This document shows positions 1-11,450 of a DNA stretch of 64,000 nucleotides, piece after piece (position 1 is the first letter of the stretch; every line of letters begins with the position of its first letter). Origin of the DNA: Thalia democratica (lineage: Eukaryota). The stretch lies in contig OZ241829.1 of the NCBI GenBank assembly GCA_965202585.1, positions 73,346,001 to 73,410,000 of the forward strand. The letters run 5' to 3'. Below the pieces are notes generated by a model that saw only the letters and a program-made list of their open reading frames with translations, was not told where the DNA came from and made no database searches. The position numbers were made by a program, and so were the translations under genes.

Positions 1-697
1 AAGCTAGTTTAATGCTGTTTTTTTATTTAAACTATTCTGATAGTAATTAAACTTTTAGTAGGTAATTTTCTACAGTTGTTAAACCATATGTATATGACAC
101 AATTGCTTTAAACACTTATTCTACTTTAATTAATAATTTAAACCTGATAAATAATACTTTCATTTAAATAAAAACTTAGGTTATTGTGTTTAAACAATAC
201 GAACCTTATTTTATTGAAATAATGTAATAAATTTATTTAAAAACTTTATTTATTCATTTTTTTAAAGCATATACTTTCTGTAAAAAATTATTCTAGTCCA
301 TGGTTTTAAACAGCCTTAACACTATAAAGTTTAAAGCTTCAATTAATAACTTAAGCTTCTTCTAACATTGTGGATTTAATTATTGCCAATAAGAATGCAA
401 AATAAAAAATACAACATGAGTTCAGCAAAAAAAGTTTTAAACCTAAAATAAGATGGCAGCTGTGATTAAGTGCGTAAATAAGTTTAAATTTTTTTAATCT
501 GAAACCTCCTTTTAGTTTTTTTTAAGTTTTCAAATATCTAATCTTAAGTTAATAAAAGTCTTGTAAATGTTTCACAGTTTTAATCAACAACTTTAGCTTC
601 TCCTAGTAGAAAATTGCAATTATTTTTTTTTTCTGCATTAAAGTAATGCCATTAAAATTCCAAATTAAATCAATAAAATTTCGTGTCAATAACGTAA

Positions 698-1060
698 AAG
701 ATGGCGACTATGTTTAAGCGTAAAATTAACTTTAAAACTTCAAACTGCTGTTTCAGCTTTCAATGGAAAGTGTTTAGTGACTTCACAGTGCTTTAGCTTG
801 AAGCGGTTATCATACGTCACAAGCAGCTTTTACCGCCAAGCTTGAAACTGAACGAGTTCTGTAAAGCCGTACGAGCCGACTCTAAAAATTAAAAATTGAT
901 GATTTAGAGGAAAAGTTTATTAGTGTAAATACATCGCCCAGCAGCTTCAAACTGTTTCATAATGTTAACGGGAGCTGTCGTGTTTCTACTGTCGTGACGT
1001 CACGTTTTACGGCTTGTTTTTATGACGCGCGTTTGTAAATTTGAGAGAACTTTTCATGGA
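698..1060. promoter_or_regulatory. YY1-like plus CRE cassette (divergent copy of the P-type regulatory element)
   Basis: AAGATGGCG at 698-706, TGACGTCA at 995-1002, TGACGC half-site at 1023, then AAATTTGAGAG. The layout matches 3433-3741, 25237-25580 and 43837-44030. Confidence 0.5.
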
Positions 1061-1099
1061 CCTCCGGTTTCGTAGTTAACTTTTTAAATGAAGTAGAAG

Positions 1100-1183
1100 A
1101 TGGCAGAAGAACAAAAAAAATCGCCCTCAGCTAAATACACGTTTCTGAAACAGGTTGAACAAGTGATTCAATACAAGACGGAG
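1100..1183 (+). CDS. Candidate first coding exon MAEEQKKSPSAKYTFLKQVEQVIQYKTE, product unknown
   Basis: GAAGATGGCAG start context just downstream of the CRE cassette; 28 open codons ending at a possible donor GAG|gttaat. No downstream exon identified. Confidence 0.3.
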
Positions 1184-2001
1184 GTTAATAAAACTTGAAT
1201 TTTTTTTTTAAATTAAGACATTTACTGAGTTTCATCGCTAAACGAACACATAAAATGTAATTAATATCCAACTAAATTTAAGAGAATTAACAAAAAACTG
1301 TTCACAAAGTTTTCTTGCGCATCTGCCACAACATTTAAGTGGTTTTTCCTGTTGTTTTGTTAAAGCAAATAAGTATAGTTTTACTTTATTTTTTTAAAAA
1401 TATTCTTTTTAAAAGCAAAAATATGTAACTTAAACAAATATGACATGTTCACCTTAAAAAACCAAGTTGATAAAATAAAAAAAACAACGACAACATTTTA
1501 TTTTGTTACTAAACTTCTTATAGGACTAATAATTTATAAATTTTATGACTAAGAAGCGAGTAGTGTGTAAAAAAATAAAGTACTTAAAGTTTTTTTTTGG
1601 TTATGACGTCATCATTACAGTATATATAGAATATATTTTGATAACTATAGTATATGTAGTTGGTAAAAGCAAGTATCTGAAACATCATAGAATTTAAGTG
1701 AGTCGTTGCAAATGAAAGCTAGGTTGAACTACTTCTGTTTTTAGGTGTAATGTCATAGTTAATGAGTAGATTTATTTGTATTTGTTTCACCTATATTACT
1801 CTGAAGTAATTTTAAAGACATATACGAGTTTTAATAACAATAAAGCAAGTAGTTTTAACACAAACTTATTTAAATTTATGTCGAGTGCAGCTCCAAATGT
1901 TTTCTTAAATACGGTATCAACGAAAACATCGGCGAAAGTCTGCAGAGCAGAAGCCTGATTTTTATTTGTCGTGAGACAATCTTAAGTTTAACAAAATGGT
2001 T

Positions 2002-2110
2002 GCCAGTTCGATCATCAGGTCACAAATTTTTCGGTTGTGACTGACTGATTAGTCCTAAACGAAACCGGTCTCAGTCTACCGAAGGCTAGTGATCTGATGA
2101 TCCAATTGGC
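2002..2110 (+). ncRNA. Degenerate type I (minimal) hammerhead ribozyme within an extended hairpin
   Basis: Stem I GACTGA (2039-44)/TCAGTC (2071-76), core CTGATTA (2045-51), CGAAAC-CG-GTC (2060-70). Outer stems TCGGT/ACCGA and 2002-2023/2089-2110. Confidence 0.7.
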
Positions 2111-2847
2111 ATGATGAGCCACCCTTTGTTTAATAAAGTATTAGTTTTAAAATTATTTAACTTCTATCACAGCTCTAATTTTATTGGTTGCAGCTCGCAC
2201 ATTAGAAAATTCTAAATAGAATTAAAAAAAAAAATATCAGGAAAATAAACGACAATTATAAACCTGAGAAGGCATATTTCAGTATTATTTATGCCGTACT
2301 TCATCACTTTACAAATATCTTATAGTTTGGGATATTAGAACAAAATTTTTATCAGTTTAAAGCTCAATTCCTTAGTTTTTGTATATTTTTTAGTTTTAGT
2401 TTTAGATAGTAAAGCTTTAACAGCGTTTTTTTTTAAAGAAGCAACATATAAATTTAAATCTTTTTGTACATTTTTTTGTCTTTTATTTTGATAGCTTTGG
2501 CCTCTACTTACAAAACATAAACGTAAGTTAAAAAAATTAGTAATAATTTGTTTCTTTTGAAACGTTCTTCCACTTATACAATAAGTATAGCGATAAATAT
2601 TTTTAAACGATTTAGATGCAATATTTGTACCAATTACTTTAAATAGTTCAAATTTCAAATTTTAAATGTTACGACTTTTGAACATATGTATGATATGTGG
2701 TTCTGTTAGTTAAATAAGAAAATATATTTACAACGTTACAGTTGATTTAAACTTGTTAAACTATATTAAGTTACTTTTTGATAGGCAATTATAAACCTTT
2801 TTTTTTTTTTGCTTTGTTTAGTAAGGAAATATTAATTTATAACTAAC

Positions 2848-2913
2848 CAGACAGTTCATAGCTTTGTTGTTAGATCAAATCTGACGTGACCACTTCGATT
2901 GCGACTGACTAAG
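2848..2913 (-). pseudogene. Short exon of module P (copies at 29253-29317, 44508-44576, 47593-47658, 60368-60428)
   Basis: On the minus strand: tttttacag acceptor and gttagt/gtcagt donor, conserved in 4 of 5 copies (the 29.3-kb acceptor is mutated to caa). No reading frame is shared. Confidence 0.5.
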
Positions 2914-3432
2914 CTGTAAAAAACATTTGTTAATAATTTTATTTTACATAAGTCTGTTTAATGCTGTTTTAGATTAAACAGATGTACCGTAGAAAAATTA
3001 TTCTGATAGTAATTAAACATTTAGTAGGCACTTTTTTACAGTTGTTGAACCATATGTATATGGATAAAATTGCTTATAAACACTTCTTCTATTGTAATTT
3101 ATAATTTAAATCGGTTTAAACAATACTTTTATCGAAATAAAAACTCAAACTTTTTAAACTTTAAGAACCTTATTTTATTGAAATATCGTAAACAATTTTA
3201 TTTAAAAACTTAATTTCAAAAATGACTAAAAAATATTTTTTTGTTATAACATTCAATGCTTTAAAGATTAAAAACTTCATAAATTTTTAATTTCGAGCTT
3301 TCAAAAGTTTTTTTTGATATTTGCCAGTTTTTGTTAACAATTTAAGCTTCTTTTTATAGTATCAATTATCATTCAGTTATACCAACAATAATGAAAAAGA
3401 GATCAATACTTAAAAGTAGTTCAAGCGTAACA

Positions 3433-3741
3433 AAGATGGCGACCGTGTTTTAGCGTAAACTAGTTTGAGTTCTTCAGCTTCATACTGCTGCTTCAGCTTT
3501 GAAAGCAAAAGCCGTTTGTGACGTCACAAACCGCTTTTGCCTCCAAGCATTCGAAGCGCTGAACCTTCAGGGTTGATTAAGACATTTAAACCGCACAATG
3601 CGGTTGTAAAAATTTAATAGTGCTTACAAACGCAGATTGTTCAAGACAAAGCGTATGCGGTGCAGTTTGGATGTGAATAGTATTGTGAAAGCGGGTGCTG
3701 GTGTTTTATGAATTGTGACGTCATCATTAGTTAGTTTCAGT
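3433..3741. promoter_or_regulatory. P-type cassette: YY1-like motif, palindromic CRE, second CRE (copies at 45106-45430, 48217-48550, 60961-61300)
   Basis: AAGATGGCG 3433-41; 36-bp near-palindrome 3505-3540 centred on TGACGTCA; second TGACGTCA 3716-23. Interrupted by the 3742-8940 insertion and resumes at 8949. Confidence 0.55.
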
Positions 3742-3750
3742 GGGACACGT

Positions 3751-4314
3751 TCAAAATCCACCCGCAATCAAAATCCACCCGCGATCAAAATCCACCCGAT
3801 CAAAATCCACCCGATCAAAATCCACCCGATCAAAATCCACCCGAGTCAAAATCCACCCGATCAAAATCCACCCGGGTCAAAATCCACCCGATCAAAATCT
3901 ACCCGGTTCAAAATCCACCCGATCAAAATCCACCCGGGTCAAAATCCACCCGATCAAAATCCATCCGAGTCAAAATCCACCCGAGTCAAAATCCACCCGT
4001 TCAAAATCAACCCGGTTCAAAATCCACCCGATCAAAATCAACCCGGTTCAAAATCCACCCGATTAAAATCAACCCGATCAAAATCAACCCGAGTCAAAAT
4101 CCACCCGAGTCAAAATCCACCCGTTCAAAATCCACCCGTTCAAAATCAACCCGGTTCAAAATCCACCCGATCAAAATCCACCCGGTTCAAAATCCACCCG
4201 ATCAAAATCAACCCAACTCTAAATCCACCCGAGTCAAAATCCACCCGATCAAATTCCACCCGGTTCAAAATCCACCCGGTTCAAAATCCACCCGATCAAA
4301 ATTAACCCGAGTTC
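3751..4314 (+). repeat. 15/16-bp minisatellite AAAATCCACCCG(ATC/GTTC/AGTC/GGTC), left arm
   Basis: Directly visible tandem units; source of the spurious ORFs 3715-4305 and 3740-4066. Confidence 0.95.
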
Positions 4315-7300
4315 ATTTTTTTTCGAAATAAGAATTAATTTCTAATAGAATTTTGTAATATTGAATAAAGTTATATGTTTAAACAACTATTGGTATAAAA
4401 AAGAGTAAGTATTTATAAAGAAAGAAATTTTAATTTATTTAATAAAATAATTAAAAAAATAAGTTAAATAATATAATTAAACAGCATTAAAAAAAAATTC
4501 ATAGTAGCTTTACAAGTATTTAAAATGTTTATAATTTGTTAATGTTAGTAGTGTTGGTGTTACTTTTAAAAAAAGAAGTTAAAAAAAAATAAAAAAAGAA
4601 TTACGCTCAGTTTCAATCAATTTAAACTTCCTTCTAATTTAATTTCCCAAAGTCAATTATAATTAAATAAAATATTTACTAAGGATAACTCATAGTAAAT
4701 TAAAATATCAAAACTATAGAAGTTTATAAATTAGAAGAATCTTTAATAACATTTATTAAGCTAAAGAAAATTACAAAAATCAAATACCAAATAATGTAAA
4801 TTTATGGAAAATGTTAATTAAATGTTACAAAAAGAAAATTAAAATATTAATCTAAAATTTTTGAGCTTTTTTTTTTGATGTAAAAAGTTTTGTGTTTTGT
4901 GCTTTACTTAAATTTCAATTATAGTATTACATACAATATTTTATTATACAAAAATTTCAACTAACAGTGTTTATAAAAAATAGAATATAGATAAAGAATA
5001 ATATAAAACTGCTACGTGATAATAAAATAAAAATCCTTTGTTAAATTTAGAAAAACTATCACCTATTAATTATATTTTAAACATTATTGTTTTCGACGTG
5101 GAAAAGACGTTAAAAGATATTTTGGTGTGCGACTCGATAACTTTAACGTATGTTCGTGCAAGAGGACTTAGGACCAAATATTTTGAGCGCTTTAATTTGT
5201 CGTTTAGTAAACAATTTATTGACGTTTATTTTATTAGTAATTTTTAAAAACAGAACATAAGTTTTAATATAAAAATACGAAAACTAATTTACTAAAAATA
5301 TAAATGAGGAATATGTAAAAAATCAATAACTGTTTTAAAACAATTTTATTGTTTTCTATCTAATTTTTGTTACAAATATTTTTTAGTTATTTTTTTCAAT
5401 TTATACAATAATTTTAGCTGCTATTATCTTTTTTTCAAAGTGTTTAAGTTAATTGAATTTTATTTTATAAATGTTTTTTTTATAAACCATCTATTTTTGA
5501 AAAAACTAAAAATAGTTTCGTCTAAAGTAACTAAAGTTCTAAGTTATATTTAATTAGATAACAACTTAATTTGCTAGTTTTTAACTAATAGTACAAATTA
5601 AAAAGCTAAACATTTTTCTATGAATTCTAAAGTCCTTTACATAAAACAAATATCGACTCTACAATTCATTGAGTTTGCTCAAATAGCTTGTAAATTGCAA
5701 CTAAAAAAGTTAGTAGTTAGACTTGAGCTAGGGAAATTATATACTTTAGAATTGTAGTAGCAAACAAATAAGTTGAGTTATTTAGAAATGACACTATATT
5801 TATAACAAATATTACGAAAAAAAACTTATAACATTTTTAATTTATTATTAAAATGTTCTATTTTTACATAGGTTCATTAAAAAAAGTATGTATTTCAGAC
5901 AAGAGAGTTTAAGTTCAAGTATAAGTTATTTTTATGAATTTTTGTACCAGACTGTATCAACTTAAACAATCGTTTTATTAATTTTATTAATAGGTTAAGG
6001 CCAGTTTTGAAAGTGATTAATTGAGTGGTTTTATAAAATTTAATCTCCTTTGGTTAACGTTTAAATTTTAAATTTAAAATTGTCTAATCTAAAACTTTTA
6101 ATTTACATGCGATAAATTTTCTTGAATTAATTTCCGACAATTTAAGTTAAAAGCTATAACTGCATGTTTTTAATTAATTAGTTGTAAACGTTTTATGTTT
6201 TTTTATAAATATAAAGTTGCATAGAAATTGTAATTAAGTAAGATAAATTATTATTTACTGTTCAATATTATATTGTTAATTGATATTTTTTAATTCATAG
6301 AAATGGAAATGTTATTATTTACCACTATTTTTTTAAATATAATCTTCATATAAAAAAAGTCCATTTGTTAAAACTTAAGAAATTTTAAGTAATTTAATTA
6401 AAAATGAAACAATACTAAAATTAAACAAAATTTTATATTGGTTATAACGAATTTAAACGGTAAAGACAACTATTGTTATAACAAACTGTTTAGTAGACAA
6501 GTTAACTTTAAAAGCGTGAAAATTTTGTCTAACAAATAAAACCGAAAATTAATAAATATTTAATTTAAAGTTAATATTGAAAAATCTTTAAATGGCAATA
6601 CAGTAAAGGTAACTATCTAAAGTAAATTAGTGACCTTTTCTTAACAAAGAGAACTTTTATAAATAAATATCTTGTTAAGACCTTTCACATAAAAAAATTA
6701 TATTAAAAAAAACACAAACTAAATGAATTTTAAACGTTTGCCTTTTACTTTTTTGTAATTAAAAGTAACGAAGATGCAGTTGCATTTAATCAGAGTCGGC
6801 AGACAATTCTTTATCTCGGGCCAAATTTCATGTTTCAATTTTTTCCGCGAGCCGTTGTTTTATTCAATTTTTGTTTTTAATCTGTTTTAGTCACGTTTAT
6901 CTACTTAAAGGGATCAGGCCTGGCATATTTAAAATGTATATTTTTTTCTAAAGTCGAAAACTATTTTTTTAAAAACTTGTGTCATATTATTATTTCTATC
7001 ATTATTTACAAGGTGTAGATCATTAAAAACAGGTGTAGATCATTATGTACACTTTTTATAATCAATTTCTATTATTTTATTTGTATTTTCTTTTTAGTAG
7101 TTAAAAAAAATCTTTTTTTATTTAATGCACAGCATATCACGTATTTAAAATTTTAGTGATTTTGTTAAACTAGTTAAAATATAAACAAATATTAATACTT
7201 TCATTTTAAACAGTGTAAGTTTTTCTTTTAAAACCTTTAAATACCTTAATAATCTATCTAAAGTTTTTCGGGTTGCAACTTTTTGAAACAAAAAAAGTAC

Positions 7301-7614
7301 AACAGTTACTTCAACCCAGTCACCGTGTTTTTAAAAGTTAAAAACATGTAAAATTGCCAATTAAAAAAACTTTGCAATATTATATAAGTAATTTATCCAA
7401 GTACGTAAGCTTTTGTTGTTAAAAAGGAAAAGTAAAGTCTAAACTTTAAAGAAAAACTTCTATATTTACTATCTGTCTTTTTTCACATCTAAGGCTTAAG
7501 CATAATAAATGATTTTTAAATGATATTCAGAAACTTAAAAACAAACTATTATAATTTCTTTTTCTTTTTTGAAAATTTCAATTTAAATTTTGTTTTGTTT
7601 AGTTGACCAATTTT

Positions 7615-7669
7615 ACATGCTCGAGGGCCACATATTTACACTTCGAGGGCCGCAGTTTGCTGACCCCTA
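7615..7669 (-). mobile_element. hAT-type terminal sequence nested in the foldback element
   Basis: Revcomp reads TAGGGGTCAGCAAACTGCGGCCCTCG, typical of hAT/Charlie-like termini. The partner end was not found. Confidence 0.5.
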
Positions 7670-8305
7670 AATTAAATGGATTAATTTGTAGTATAAATGG
7701 TAGCTTTCACTTGTAATACTCAGTTTTTATAAAAATTATATCGTGTGACGTATTTGTTTAAAAATTACTTAAAAGTTCTAAATTATTAAATTTTATACCT
7801 AGAAACAGTAAATTATAATTGATTGTCGTGTAATTGTGATTGAGATAATACAAGATTATTTTTTCTGGCACATCCTTTAGTTTTCTAAAAGTTTTAACAT
7901 AGTCATATTTGTATAGTAAAACTTTAATTTATTTATTCTGACGTTGTTAAACTTTTATTAGCTCTTATAGTTATACTTATATCAAAAACAACAGTACCTT
8001 TAAAAGCTGCTTGCCGGCTGTAGCTATTCAAAATTATATTCAGTAATCAAAAAAACAAAAATACTTTTGTCAAAAATTCCTTATAATAAGCAAAAATACC
8101 AAATAACAACTCAAAAAACCTCACAAAATAAGTTCAATCTGTAGTACAGTTTTTATATTCTTAAGTCAATTTATAAGGGACAAAAATACAAGATTTTATA
8201 AGTGTTTTTTAAATAAAACTTGTTTAAGATTGGTACTTTAGAGTGGTGAGATTTGTTTAAATGATACTTGATTTAAAAAGAAATAAATAAACAAGGTGCT
8301 TGTTT

Positions 8306-8931
8306 CGATTCGGTTGGATTTTGACTTTGGTTGATTTTATGTCGGTAGGATTTTGACTCGGGTTGATTTTAACTCGGATGAATTTTGATCGGGTGGATTT
8401 TGACTCGGGTGGATTTTGATCGGGTGGATTTTGACTCGGGTTGATTTTGATCGGGTGGATTTTAAACCGGGTGGATTTTGATCGGGTGGATTTTGAAACG
8501 GGTGGATTTAGAGTTGGGTTGATTTTGATCGGGTGGATTTTGAACCGGGTGGATTTTGATCGGGTGGATTTTGAACCGGGTGGATTTTGATCGGGTGGAT
8601 TTTGAACCGGGTGGATTTTGATCGGGTGGATTTAGAGTCGGGTTGATTTTGATCGGGTGGATTTTGACCCGGGTGGATTTTGATCGGGTGGATTTTAACT
8701 CGGGTGGATTTTGATCGGGTGGATTTTGATCGGATGGATTTTGAACCGGGTTGATTTTGATCGGGTGGATTTTGACTCGGGTTGATTTTGATCGGGTAGA
8801 TTTTGACTCGGGTGGATTTTGATCGGGTGGATTTTGACCCGGGTGGATTTTGATCGGGTGGATTTTGAACCGGGTGGATTTTGATCGGGTGGATTTTGAA
8901 TGCGGGTGGATTTTGATCGGGTGGATTTTGA
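8306..8931 (-). repeat. Same 15/16-bp minisatellite in inverted orientation, right arm
   Basis: GATTTTGATCGGGTG / GATTTTGAACCGGGTG units; shares the rare variant AACCCAACTCTAAATCC with the left arm (about 4209 and about 8505). Confidence 0.95.
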
Positions 8932-9002
8932 TAGTATACCGTTTCAGTATATGATGTAAAAATATGAGAGAGTTTTTTACTGTGTTCGATTATCGGTTTG
9001 CT

Positions 9003-10160
9003 TTCTTGTGCACGAGAGTCACTTTTGCACGATGGGAAACTTTTGCACGAGTAGAAAATTTTGCTAGGCGTCACTTCTGCACGGCGACTCTTTTGCACGG
9101 AGGGTCACTTTTGCACACAGAGTCATTTGTGCACGGCGTCAACTTTGAACAGCGACATTTTTTACGATTACAATTTTTCACGGCAGCATTGTTCACAACG
9201 ATACTCGTGGACAACGTCACATTTATACGGTGATTTTTTTGCACAGCGAAATTTTGGCACGATGACTTAAGGGCCTTTTTTATTTTCACGCAACATTAAA
9301 AAATAAACTTTCCATACAACTATAAAATAACCATTAAGTAAAAATCTTAAACTTCATAAATTAACTAAATTCTTTTTCTTCAGTTTAACATTTAAATAAA
9401 ATTAATTAAAGTATTTGTTAAACAACTATTAAAGCTAGTTTTAAGATCTAGAAAGTATAAGAAAAAAAATCGGTCTCAAATTTCGTGTTTTAAAGTCCAA
9501 CTAACTTAAATTTATATTTCTGTTTAAAACTAATGAAATTCATTTTTTTTTAAAGCATTCAAAATGGTTTTAATTTAATAGTAAAAAACTGTACTTATCT
9601 ATTATATTTTAATTAGGATTATAAATATGAATTAAATGAATTGTAGTACGTTATTACATTGGTCTATGTATAATTTTAAATAAAAACTTTCCATTAAAAA
9701 TCCATCACATTTTATTCTTTCAAAACAACTTGCGTTTAAAAGCGAATATTATTAAAGTTGACAAAATAAAAGTATATTTAATCTATTTAAATTTTTATTA
9801 AAAAAAATAAAGATTAAAAGTGTGCAAAAGTGAAGCTCCGACCAAAGTTGACCAATTGATTAAAATTTTTGCAGTTCATAAATATATCCGTGAAAATATA
9901 ACGCTGTGCGAAAGACACGCTTTGCAAAAATATCGCCATGCAAACGTAACTTCGTGCCAAAGTTTAGACGTGTAAAATTGTTGTCGTGCAAAAATGACCC
10001 TGTGTGTAAAAAAGTCGCCATGCCAAAATGTCCTTTCGTACCAAAGTGACGACCGTGCAAAAGTGACGAGCGTGCAAAAAAGTTCCCTCGTGCTAAATAA
10101 ACGTTTGTGCAAAAGAGTCGCCGTGCAAAAGTGTCCCCTCGTGCAAAAGTGACACCCACC
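9003..10160. mobile_element. TGCACG-repeat MITE-like element in module P (copies at about 45455-46634, 48572-49824, 61328-62425)
   Basis: Arrays of CACTTTTGCACG units point inward from both ends around an AT-rich core; right terminus AAAGTGACACCCACC(C). The left terminus looks truncated. Confidence 0.7.
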
Positions 10161-10467
10161 AATATTTAATATGCTAGAAGCTGCTAATATCACTGTTGTA
10201 ATGAAACTCGAGGACACTGACATTATTGTCTGTCGAAACAACTATAGTTAAGATAACTTAATTTCGCTTGATACATTAGTTTTAAAAACTACTATCGAAA
10301 TTGTTTTACAAATATGTACAAGACAACAAAAGTATTCATTTGCCTACAAATGATCATCTACTAATGGAAAATTTTGAAATAACGTAGCACAATTTGTAGA
10401 TGTTGCAATTCTAGTCGTCAGTGGTGTAATTTGTGTGCACTACTGACATAGTACTGTTTCATTGTAC

Positions 10468-11450
10468 CTCCACATTACTAAAACAGCCTGAAAATGTAAA
10501 GATGCTCACTTTTCACTGCAGTGATTCTAGACCAGGGTTTCCCAAGTTAGTTGTCCCCCTTTAAGGCCCCTTTAAAAAAATAAAAAAACTACGGCCCTAT
10601 CTAATAGATTATAAAAAAACTGATTTTCTCAAAAAACTACCATGAAAAATACCTAAAACGGTTTTTATTTTGTTTTTCATCATATGTTTCAGAATATCTA
10701 GTTAGAGTATCAAAATATGACCTTATGTTTCCCGTGGCTCCTTTACTGCTAATAGTACCCAAGGGCCCCACTTGGATAATTTTTTGAAACCATTTTTTAG
10801 ACCTACTAAGTGATTGTGCACAGTAAGTTTAGATATGTTAGTTTAAATTATCAGGTCGTTAGAAAAAAGAGAGTTTACAAAAAAGAGCTATTATGACGTC
10901 ACAAGTAACACAAAAAGTTCTTATGACGTCATAATTCACTTTAGCTTCACAAGCCGAATCTCAAAGCGAAATCACAAACAGGATTTGAAGTCAGAGACAC
11001 AACCATTTCAAATTATTTCAAATGATTGTAGAAATAATCAAAGTTTGCTCTTTGTAAAACAAACAGAAATTAGTCGAGCCTCTAAAAAGAGATACCTCTC
11101 GAAAACAGACAACCTATCCAGTGGAGTTGTAGACTGGTCAACAAAAAGAGTATGAGCTCATAAGGAGTATACAAAACAGTCACCTGGAAAAAAACGAAAA
11201 CATTTGTAGGCTGACAGACACTAGGTTTGATATCTAGACAATTAAATCACAAAGAGTGGGTGGGCAAGGGTATCAATGGCGACAACAAATACATTGGTAA
11301 ATAAGATTTTCTTATTTCTGAGCATATATATGAACGATTATAATATGTGCTCAGAACCAAAAAACATAAATTTTTATGCACTATTTACATATTAAGATGG
11401 TGCTTACCAATGGTTCTTGTTTGTTTTACTATTTGTTGCTGCGATTTAAA
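10468..11450 (-). pseudogene. Exon chain of an unidentified gene: 11408-11450 (43 nt), 11096-11183 (88 nt), 10940-11025 (86 nt), 10468-10487 (20 nt)
   Basis: GT-AG signals and mutually compatible phases give FKSQQQIVKQTRTI-GDCFVYSL*AHTLFVDQSTTPLDRLSVFES-HLK*FEMVVSLTSNPVCDFALRFGL*. In-frame stops and an AG-to-AA acceptor. Paralogs at about 50150-51137 and 62734-63729. Confidence 0.5.
10533..10794. mobile_element. hAT-type MITE (copies at 50205-50480 and 62799-63064)
   Basis: CAGGGTTTCC...GAAACC ends; 8-bp TSD TTCTAGAC (exact at 50197-204 and 50481-88), matching the NTCTAGAN target preference known for Charlie-type hATs. Confidence 0.85.

Larger units (their letters stand above)
3742..8940. 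mobile_element. 5.2-kb non-autonomous foldback-type DNA transposon (GG...CC ends, 8-bp TSD; Merlin- or Mutator/Foldback-like)
   Basis: TSD GTTTCAGT at 3734-41 and 8941-48; single-copy empty site at about 45398 and 61274. Ends GGGACACGTTCAAAATCCACCCG and revcomp GGTATACTATCAAAATCCACCCG; arms are inverted minisatellites. No transposase seen. Confidence 0.85.

Noticed and set aside
2237-2310. C/D box snoRNA candidate on the minus strand (GTGATGA ... CTGA)
   Set aside because: Neither box is conserved in the paralogs at about 47.0 and 59.8 kb.
3715-9098. Long ORFs with KIHP/QNPP/SKSTR repeats (3715-4305, 3740-4066, 8508-9098)
   Set aside because: They are translations of the 15/16-bp minisatellite arms, open in several frames simply because the unit lacks stops.
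11096-11183. In-frame TGA as selenocysteine, and the alternative frame LQLHWIGCLF as an HCN/KCNH S5-like segment
   Set aside because: The 50.8-kb copy has TAA at the same codon and no SECIS was seen; the alternative frame is not phase-compatible with the neighbouring exons and the resemblance is only a few residues.
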